The notes under the pieces: model-generated
Seen by the model: the letters and a program-made list of their open reading frames with translations, nothing else
Databases searched by the model: none
Told to the model about the DNA's origin: nothing
Assembly: GCF_006345805.1 (NCBI RefSeq)
Contig: NC_043005.1
Location: forward strand, 19,344,001-19,408,000
DNA length: 64,000 nucleotides
Reading direction: 5' to 3'
From: Octopus sinensis
Taxonomy: Eukaryota
In this document: piece by piece, positions 12,886-23,179 of the stretch
How positions within the stretch are numbered: the first letter of the stretch is position 1
Layout of the letters: each line of letters begins with the position of its first letter
Program-made: the position numbers and the translations under genes

Positions 12886-13828
12886 GTTTTTATTTTATCG
12901 GCCCCGAAAGAATGGAAGACAAAGTTGACCTCGAAGGAATTGGAATGCAGGACGTAAGGACGGACGAAGTGCCACTAAGCATTTTGCCCAGCATGCTAAC
13001 GATTCTGTCACCCTGTCGCCTTATGCACCTCTCTGCAGATTTATTTCTTTATTGCCCACAGGGGCTAAACATAGAGGGGATAAACAAGGACAGACAAACG
13101 GATTAAGTCGATTATATCGACCCCTGTACGTAACCGGTACTTATTTAATCGACCCCGAAATGATGAAAGGCAAACTTGACCTCGGCGGAATTTGAACTCA
13201 GAACGTAACGGCAGACGAAATACCTATTTCTTTACTACCCACAAGGGGCTAAACACAGAGAGAACAAACAGGGATAGACAAACGGATTAAGTCGATTATA
13301 TCGACCCCAGTGCGTAACTGGTACTTATTTAATCGACCCCGAAAGGATGAAAGGCAAGTCAACCTCGGCGGAATTTGAACTCAGAACGTAACGGCAGACG
13401 AAATACGGCTACGCATTTCGCCCGGCGAGCTAACGTTTCTTATTTCTTTACTGCCCACAAGGAGCTACACACAGAGGGGACAAACAAGGACAGGCAAAGT
13501 GATTAAGTCGATTACATCGACCCCAATACGTAACTGGTACTTATTTAATAGATCCTGAAAGAATGAAAGGCCTAAGTCGACCTCGGCGGAATTTGGACTC
13601 AGAACGTAAAAAACAGACGAAATACCTATTTCCTTACTGCCCACAAGGGGCTAAACACAGAGAGGACAAACAAGGACAGATAAACGGATTAAGTCGATTA
13701 TATCGACCCCAGTACGAAAGGATGAAAGGCAAAGTCGACCTCGGCGGAATTTGAACTCAGAACGTAACGGCAGACGAAATACCGCTAAACATTTCGCCCG
13801 CGAGCTAACGTTTCTGCCAGGTCGCCAA
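12886..13828 (-). mobile_element. Tandem array of family B SINE units (four long units plus one short unit)
   Basis: Repeated ggggctaaac..gattaagtcgat..aggcaaagtcgacctcggcggaatttgaactcagaacgtaacggcagacgaaatacc blocks; junctions at 13224/5 and 13626/7. Confidence 0.9.
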
Positions 13829-14006
13829 ATGCCGTATTACTAAATAATCCTCTTTACATAAGTCTGGAGAACAACCGTAATTTATGCAGCAGTATAACGT
13901 GTTTCTTTTGCTAGCTGCTACATTTCAATTTTGACCCCTGAACACATTATAATTATAAATTATAGCGACGTAGGTGTTAAAGTTAAATTTTATTACAACG
14001 TTCATA

Positions 14007-14410
14007 TACTCTTTACTCTCTTTTACTTGTTTCAGTCATTTGACTGCGGCCATGCTGGAGCACCGCCTTTAGTCGAGCAAATCGACCCCGGGACTTATTC
14101 TTTGTAAGCCCAGCACTTATTCTATCGGTCTTTTATGCCGAACCGCTAAGTGACGGCGACGTAAACACACCAGCATCGGTTGTCAAGCAATGCTAGGGGG
14201 ACAAACACAGACACACAAACATACACACACACACATATATATATATATACATATATACGACGGGCTTCTTTCAGTTTCCGTCTACCAAATCCACTCACAA
14301 GGCTTTGGTCGGCCCGAGGCTATAGTAGAAGGCACTTGCCCAAGATGCCACGCAGTGGGACTGAACCCGGAACCATGTGGTTGGTAAGCAAGCTACTTAC
14401 CACGCAGCCA
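14007..14410 (-). mobile_element. SINE family A
   Basis: Reverse complement of the 989-1535 structure. Confidence 0.88.
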
Positions 14411-15466
14411 CATTTGGGAAGCACAATGTTTTTTAAGTTGAACGGTTGCGTTATCCACCAATATGTGTTCTCCTTTTTTTTTCAAGACGAAATAGTACGA
14501 TGAGGAAGATATGGCTGTTATTTCTAGCCAGTCGAGTGACCCACTCCCTGTCTCTCCTTCTTCGTCTCTAACAGCCTGATTGGCTTATTACTGCTATTGT
14601 TGTTGATTGGGATTACCGCTGTTGTTATAGTCGCATTGTATTGGTATAGTTGTTATTGTTGGTATTATTATTGGTGATTTGTTTTTTATTCACACGAATT
14701 TTGTTGTAATTGTCATCGTTACTTTTATTGCCGCCGTTGTTGTCGTTCTTGCTGCTGCTGCTGCTGTTGACATAGCTGTTGACACCGTCCTCGTCGTTTT
14801 TGTTATTGTTGCGGGTATTACTGTTGTCTTGGCTATTGCCAGTGCTGTCGCCACTACTGCTGCCTCTTCTGTTATTTTACAAAAAAAATATCTATACAAA
14901 CTAGAACTAAAACATTATTACAGCGAATTGTCATGTGAAACTCCCTTAAGAAAGTGCGAGAGAGAGAGAGAGAGAAAAAGAGAAAGAGAGAGAGAGAAAG
15001 AGTAAGAGAGAGAGAGAAAGAGAAAGAGAGAGGAAGAAAGAGAAAGAGAGAGGGAGAAAGAGAAAGAGAGAGAGAGACAGAGAGAGAGATAGAAAGTAAG
15101 AGTGTGAGGGAGAAGAAGTAAAAAAAGTAACTCCGTATGGAGAGCGAAGAAGGAGAAGAAAGCCAAGAACAAAGACAATCATCTCAAATTATACACCCAC
15201 ATTGTTGACGCCCACACACACACACTCACACACGCGCACGCACACGCACGCATACACACACTTTTCAGACTTACAAATCAGTTTAACCAGCTTCAGAAAT
15301 CGACCATTATTATTACACCTACTTAATATATTACATAACAAAAGATTACAGAATTATATAGACCAGTAATGTACAGTGCAGTATATTATGTTAATGACAA
15401 CTACATTACATAATAATAGAAAAATAACAATAACAAAAACAACAACAACAACAATAATAATAATAT

Positions 15467-15511
<45 letters not shown>

Positions 15512-15533
15512 CGATAATATTAATAACAATAAC

Positions 15534-15578
<45 letters not shown>

Positions 15579-16023
15579 CATAATAATGAAAATGATAACG
15601 ATAATAATACTAATAATAATAATGATATAATAATAATGATAATGATAACGATAATAATAACAATAACAATAATAATAATAATAAAAAATAATAATAATAT
15701 TAAAAATAATGATAATAATAATATGATAATGATAATGATAATGATAACGATAATATTAATAACAATAACAATAATAATAATAATATATAATAATAATAAT
15801 ATGATAATGATAATCATAATAATGAAAATGATAACGATAATAATACTAATATAATAATGATAATAATAATAATGATAATGATAACGATAATAATAATAAC
15901 AATAATAATAATAATGATAATAATAATAATAATAATGATAATAATAATAATCATAATGATAACGATAATAATAATAATAATAATGATAATAATAATAATG
16001 ATAATGATTACGATAATAATAAC

Positions 16024-16082
<59 letters not shown>

Positions 16083-16130
16083 TGATAATGATAATAATAA
16101 TCATAATAATAATAATAATGATAATAATAA

Positions 16131-16209
16131 TCAACCAGTTGTCTCTTGAGGTCTCTGGGTGAGACTTGGAGCCAACTTGTAGAGACATAAAGCAAAAGTC
16201 AAACATGGA
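16131..16209 (+). mobile_element. About 80-bp 3' end of a probable R4/Dong-like LINE (subfamily 1) in (TAA)n
   Basis: ttgtctcttgaggtctctgggtgagacttggagccaacttgta..aaagcaaaagtcaaacat flanked by TAA; second copy at 16533. Confidence 0.5.
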
Positions 16210-16235
16210 ATAATAATAATAATAATAATAATAAT

Positions 16236-16275
<40 letters not shown>

Positions 16276-16405
16276 TTAATAATATTAATAATAATAATAA
16301 TAATAATATAATAATAATATAATAATATAATAATATTAATAATAAATAATAATAATAATAATAATAATAATATTAATAATAATAATAATAATATTAAAAA
16401 TAATG

Positions 16406-16478
<73 letters not shown>

Positions 16479-16532
16479 TGATAATAATTACAAACACATA
16501 TAACATACAGAAAATGATAATGATAATAATAA

Positions 16533-16609
16533 TCAACCTGTTGTCTCTTGAGGTCTCTGGGTGAGACTTGGAGCCAACTTGTACAAATATAAAGCAAAAG
16601 TCAAACATA

Positions 16610-16611
<2 letters not shown>
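16533..16611 (+). mobile_element. Second copy of the subfamily 1 3' end
   Basis: Aligns to 16131-16209 with a few substitutions. Confidence 0.5.
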
Positions 16612-16648
<37 letters not shown>

Positions 16649-16745
16649 TAATAATATATTAATAATAATAATAATATTACTAATAATAATAATAATAATA
16701 ATGATAATAATAATAATGATGATAATAATAATAATAATAATAATA

Positions 16746-16778
<33 letters not shown>

Positions 16779-16787
16779 TGATAATAA

Positions 16788-16961
16788 TTGCAAACACATA
16801 TAACATACAGAAAATTGCACTACTAGGCACTGCACACATCCTACGCAGAATACTTTCCATACAATAACCATCAGAGCATCACAACAAATCACAGCACAAA
16901 CCCAAGGCACACAGAGCTGCGCTCGGTAGTGAAGTGAAAGCACGCTATAAAAATAAAACTA

Positions 16962-16966
<5 letters not shown>
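16788..16966 (+). mobile_element. 3' end of an R4/Dong-like RLE LINE (subfamily 2) in (TAA)n
   Basis: Encodes NTYNIQKIALLGTAHILRR; near-identical to the reverse complement of part of 42273-42660; TAA on both sides. Confidence 0.85.
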
Positions 16967-17037
<71 letters not shown>

Positions 17038-17056
17038 TTAATAATAATAATAACGT

Positions 17057-18290
17057 ATAACACAATACTGAATGGTTCAGAACAGTACATTCGAGTACAT
17101 CACAGTATAAAGTAACACATTATTGTTTAATAAAGTGAAATAGAGTACAGCAGAGTACATCACAGTACAGTACGGCACATTACAGCAAACCACAATACAA
17201 CAAAGTACAGTAGACAGCATAATGGTTCAGTATGGTATGGAAGAGTACCCTATGTTATAATACTTTTTAATTACAGTACAGTAATGTTCAGTATAGTAGA
17301 AAATTCTACATCATTGTACGCTACGATAATATAGTGTACTGTACAATGTAGAAGAATTCTGTACGGTACAGCGGTGTGCAACGCAATACAGTTCAGTGAA
17401 ATACACTGTAGGGCAGCACATTACATTGTTGTCCAGTCCAATATACTACAGTTGTAGAGTATAGAACACTATACTAAAGTGTATTACAGTAGAATAAGGC
17501 GGTGTGTTGGCATAATCATTAGCACGCCGGACAAAACGATTAGTGGCAGTTTGTCCGTTTTTATGTTCTGAGTTCAAATTCCACCGAGAACGATCTTGCC
17601 TTTCGGGCTTGATAAAATAAGTACCCGTTGAACACTGGGTTCGATGTAATCGATTAGCTCCTTTCCCGAAATTCCAGGCCTTGGCCTCCAGCAGAAAGAA
17701 TTATATTATAGCAGAATACCTCACAGTATATTATATTACAATACATTACATTACACTTCACTGAAATAGAATGCATTATAGTGCAGTGAAATATAATACA
17801 ATATAGTTCAATGCAACATCTTAATGCACAACACAATAATTACGGTGCGATACAGTAAGCCACATTATAATATACAATAGTAGAGTATATTTCTTTATAA
17901 TACAATACATTTCCGTATAGTACACAATATATTTCTAGTATGGTGTTATACAGTACATCATAATTAATGTACAATATAATATTTTATCAAGCCCGAAAGA
18001 CAAGATCGATCTCAGAGGAATTTGAACTCGGAACGTAAAAACGGACAAACTGCCGCTAATCGTTTTGTCCGGCTGCTAATGATTCTGTCAACACGCCGCT
18101 TTACTCTACTATAATACACTTTAGTATAGTGTTCTATACTCTACAGTACAGTACTGTACTAAAATATACTTTTCTACTCTAGGCACAAGGCCCAAAATAT
18201 ACAATAGTACAGAATAGTACAGTACAAGGAAAAGCAGTGCATTAAAATACAGTACTGCACAGTCGATTGTATTATACTACGATTGAATAA
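17057..18290. repeat. Degenerate (CAGTA/CAATA)n pentamer tract
   Basis: Recurrent acagt, acaat and gtaca units. Confidence 0.75.
17454..18144. repeat. Inverted duplication with ~165-bp arms (17454-17618 and 17981-18144) containing a family B SINE 5' part plus its flank
   Basis: Both arms carry gtagagtatagaacactatactaaagtgtatta and the same deletion variant gcctttcgggcttgataaaat. Confidence 0.85.
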
Positions 18291-18769
18291 ATCACAATAC
18301 TGTCAACTACAGTTCCGCGTTCGTTCTCCATTGCATGTCCGATTTAGTTTTAAACAGATTTTACTGTCAGTTCATGGGATTTGTCTCCCTGAACTACTTT
18401 GTCTAGAATTAATCATTATTCTAATAATTTTTCTCCTCACTACCGATATAATTTTAGCTCATAATAAATTTCTGGGTTCATTATATCAAGTATGTTAACA
18501 CCGAGTTAACAAATGACGACCCACAGTAATTTTCCCCCGATCATGTTTTTAAGTTATGACGCTAGCAGTGATTATTTACTCGAACATATCTTTCAAATAC
18601 TTCCAAATGTCTTCCAAATACTGCTAAGAATATACTCCGCCAATGAGGCTTACATGCCTACAGTTGCTACTGTATTTGACAAACTACATGGTTACATACT
18701 TAACTATTGTACAAACAGTACAAATCACTATAGTACACTTTTTATATATCTTTTGTCCGGGACCTAGAC

Positions 18770-19030
18770 ACTCATTAGTTTGGAACTGATCCCTTTCACC
18801 GGGGCCTTTTGATGATTGAAATTATAGAAGTGTACAACCAGAACGATTCACCACTCCGTCGCAAGGGCAACTCACAGCAGATTGGGGGTGGAGAGGTGGC
18901 GATTCTCAGCGGTGTGGACTAGAGCAACGTGAGATCAAGTGCCTTAAAGATGTAGTGCAAATCATGGTCCGGTAATCGAGCCCAAGACCTTGCGATCGAG
19001 AGCTCATCACCCAAAACACCAAGTACATCA
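18770..19030 (-). mobile_element. SINE family D, degenerate
   Basis: actagagcaacgtgagatcaagtgcc..ccggtaatcgagccc..accaaaacaccaag; resembles 30080-30355. Confidence 0.55.
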
Positions 19031-19335
19031 CACTATTCTAATCACCCTAAATGAAAAGGTTAATCTACCACGCGGTATAAACAGTACACCTGGCAATTAA
19101 CTGTCGTTTGAGGAGTCGACTTTGATACAGGCATTTCAGGCAGATTCGGTACACATATTGAATATAACACATAAGTCGTTGTTTCTTCTTCCTGTCCGCT
19201 TTACCACTCTCTGAAACCTCGTAAAAGGCTATGAACGTTGTCCTTCATCTCAATAAGCTATAAAACAAAATGATTTTAAAAATGACACAATATAGCAAGC
19301 GTCTTCCGTATACACACACATGCATATGTGTGTGA

Positions 19336-19397
<62 letters not shown>

Positions 19398-19461
19398 GCA
19401 TAGATACATACATATATGCATATATGAAAGTATATACATGTATGTGTGTGTGTGTGTATCA

Positions 19462-19515
19462 AAATGAAAAGAAAATGGAGATTTACGATTTACATATTTT
19501 AATTTACTAACATTA

Positions 19516-19577
<62 letters not shown>

Positions 19578-20430
19578 TATTATTATTATTATTATATATG
19601 ATATAATATAATATAATAAGATATAAATACAAATATTAGAATCCTACAAACTGTTTCGATTCAGACCCAATAATGAATTTATAAAAAGTTCATGTTTATG
19701 GTTAAGAATCTCATCAGGGAAATATTTGACATAAATTAGAGAAAAATTACATATGAGGATTGTTAGATCCTAGAACAGGCTGAATTAAATATGTTTATGT
19801 TTGTAAGCGTGAGCGTCAATAATTTTAAACAGTTTAAAAATATATATAATAAAAATATATAATTAAAACAAGAAATTAAAATAAATAAGATGAATGAAAA
19901 ATAAATAAAAACTAATATAATAGTAAAAAAAAATGCCTGTGCCCTTTTAAGAATATCAATCTGAATATATTTCTGGGCATTATTAAATAAAATAAAAATT
20001 AAAAAGAAATAATATACTTAGAATTTATGGCATAGTAGGAAATATCTTCTTTTATTCTTCCACATCATTAGGAAAAATACATGCTATTCAGATAATTTAT
20101 TCAGAAAAATTCGTTAATCTCACAAGTATTATAAAATACATGTTATTCAGGCAATTTATCCTGAAAAATTCGTTAATCTCACTAGTATTTTAAAAAGAGA
20201 AACAACGCGCTATTAATTATGGCTAAATAGTAAAAAAGAAAAAAATTAATTTAAACAATTTGTAGAATTATAATATTTGTATTTGTATTTATATTATATT
20301 ATATTATATTATATTATATTATATTATATTATATTATATTATATCATATTATATTATATCATTTTATTGTAACATTACGTTAATAAATTAAAATTTGTCA
20401 ATCGTAAATCTCCATTTTCTTTTCATTTTT
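19462..20430 (-). mobile_element. AT-rich unit bounded by a ~50-bp inverted repeat, probably a Penelope pseudo-LTR remnant
   Basis: aaaatgaaaagaaaatggagatttacgatt at 19462-19512 is inverted at 20379-20430; contains a hammerhead motif. Confidence 0.55.
19630..19729 (-). ncRNA. Type I hammerhead ribozyme candidate
   Basis: Minus strand: caaauauuucc-CUGAUGA-GAUUC...GAAUC-GAAAC-aguuu-GUA/ggauucuaauauuug; core intact, stems I-III can form. Confidence 0.6.
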
Positions 20431-22057
20431 GTTTATTGAATATATACCCATCTCAGGTGTGAAAAAGATTTTCTCTGCCTTACTGAGTATTAAACGGCCA
20501 AACAAGTGAAAAATTGAGTTTCCATCTCTATAAAGAAAATTATTTTCCTTGTAATATATGTGTGTGTGCGTGTGTGTGTGTGTGTGCGTGCGTGTGTGTG
20601 TGTATATATATATGTATGTATATATATGTGTATATATATGTGTGTGTTTGTGTATGTGTGTGTCTGTGTATGTGTGTGTCTGTGTATGTGTGTGTTTGTG
20701 TGAGTATTTATGTATATACACATATCTATACACTAAAAGTTATGAAATTCAAGCACGTATATTAATATTTGTTTCAGGTGGAATAAAGAAGGTTATTATA
20801 TTTCTTCTATACAAAATTTCAGTTATTTTGTCTTTCATGAGAAAAATGCAAAAGGAAAGAAAGAAAAGAAGAGACGGGAAATGGAAGGAAAATAATCCGT
20901 GAAGCGAGGTTTACTTGTAGCTATTTTGTTGACAAACTGTGAAGTGAATGGGGAAATACAAGAGGTAGTGGGATGTGAGGGCTATTTTTTATAGAGTCAA
21001 GGGAATGAGAGTAAAGGGAGGTAATGTATTTAGAGAAGTTTATATGTGTGTATGATGTATGTGCGCGTCTGTGTGCATGTCTGTATGTTATATACATACA
21101 CGTAGGTGTTTATTTCAACTGCCATCGGCCTCATCTTCGTTTCATCATCACTCAGTTCTGTTTCTTGCCGGGAGAATGAGAAAAAGTATCTTTTATCAAT
21201 ATATTTCATTGAAGCAATATGGCGTAATTCAGTGAATGAAATCACGTGTGTGAATGTGCGAGTCAGTATGTGAGTGTGTGAATGAACGAACGTGTACTGT
21301 CTGTGTATGTGTGAGTGTGTACGCTTGTGTACATGAGTGAATGAAGGAATGCATGAGTTCACGTACGACTGGATGCACGAATCTTTGAGTGAATCTGTAA
21401 ATAACTGAATGTGTGGAAGTATTTGAATATGTGGGTGTATGCGTGTTCGCGCGCCCACGTGTGTGTGAGAGCGTGTCTTTGTGAATGAGCGTGTTCGTGT
21501 GAGTGAGCAAGTAAATGAGTGCATATGTGTTTGTGTAAGCGAGCGCAGACATAACTATGAGGCTAATAGTTTTTTTCATGGATTTATCCAGGATATGATA
21601 ATGAGTATGAGTTTAGACAAATGTATGAATAACACAAAATGTCCATCAACAACTACTGAGTACATTAAAAGAGTTCGAGACATTGAAAGCAAAAATTTAA
21701 ATTAGAACCACCATCATAGGAACATATGAAGCTGATTAGTAGAGTATTTCCAGGTGTATAGAGTTTGTAAATAGAAGGCTAGTATATTTGAGTTACCTTT
21801 AATTTTTTTCTGTTTTTTGTTTCCGTGGATTTTAAAATATTAGGTAATACGGACGTCTATAGAAATCTGTCGCACTTGCATAACGTTCACCTACTGATGA
21901 AGGTGGGTTGTGTGTGTGTTTCTACACACTCTCTCTCACTCTGCATCTACACCTTGAACTGTGACTTAGAAAGGTTGAAGAAGGCAAAGCTGGTGAGCAA
22001 AATTGCAGACATCAACCCTCTCAATCTTGCCACTTTGCTATTTGTTTTTCTATATAA

Positions 22058-22422
22058 TGCGCAGGGGTGGCTGTGTGGTAAGTAGCTTGCTTACCAGCCG
22101 CATGGTTCAGGGTTCATGGACAAGTGTCTTCTACTATTGCCTCGGGCCGACCAAAGCCTTGTGGGTGGATTTGGTTGACAGAAACTGAAAGAAGCCTGTC
22201 ATATGTGTGTGTGTCTGTCTGCCTGTGTTTGTCCTCACACCATCGCTTGACAACTGATGTTGGTGTGTTTATGTCCCCGTAACTTAGCGGTTCGGAAAAG
22301 AGTCCGATAGAATAAGTATTAGTCTTACAAAGAATAAGCCCGGGGGAGAGCAATATTTCGACAGCAGTTGCTCGAGCATGGACACAGTCAAATGACTGAA
22401 GCAAATACAAGAATAAAAGAAT
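22058..22422 (+). mobile_element. SINE family A with an internal deletion
   Basis: ggctgtgtggtaagtagcttgcttacc..gcctcgggccgaccaaagcc..gtcaaatgactgaa. Confidence 0.85.
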
Positions 22423-23179
22423 ATACAAAGAGTAATGACTCGATATGTTACACATAGCAGCTAAATCACCCTCAGATCACATTCTAACAGGTTAAAGAAG
22501 AAAGACACAATGGAAAATACACGGCTGTAGAAAGGCGAGTTGATAACGGCGGGAGTGTCTTTGATCAAAGGCCTTCTCAAACAGAGCTGACCTGAAAACA
22601 TTCTGCCTTTTCATGTCAAAGAAAACCGCAGTCGATGATAAACTCGGCTGACAGTCGGATCCACAGCAACTGTTTGTTTTTTTTTGTCTTTACCTCCGGC
22701 ATGGGCAGTAGATGAGGAACACTATTAACAATAATAACGAGAAGGAAGCGGTGGGTGGTTTGTGGAAGTAGTACAGAATGAAGATTAAAATAACTGCTAT
22801 GAATAACAGAGTCTTTTATAACGCCCACTCTTAAATACTAACACAGATTATTAATGGACACTTTAAACACAGTACAAAAGGAAATTCAACATCATCACAT
22901 ATCACTACCCAGTAATATAAAAGAGTTAAACATTTTCTTACAAGCTTACATAAATGCAACAATGCAAAATGTGTGGTTAAGTGAATAGTGTATAGTTACT
23001 AAAGATAAGAGGCACTAATGTAGAATAAATGGCTGGAAGAGTAAAGTATAGAAGCAAATAAAATAACCCAAACAACTGCAGATAACCCTTCCAAAAAAAA
23101 TAATTAAAATTACATTTCATAAGATAAGAACGTAGAAAATAAACAATGAACAAACACGGCTGTAACCAAACGAATGTCT

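Larger units (their letters stand above)
15400..17056. repeat. Complex (TAA)n/(TGATAA)n array with higher-order repetition and embedded retroelement ends
   Basis: Read directly; variant blocks near 15488-15615 recur near 15722-15850. Confidence 0.95.

Noticed and set aside
12886-13828. Repeat array resembling CRISPR or a satellite
   Set aside because: Units are ~190-bp SINE copies with no unique spacers, in a eukaryotic context.
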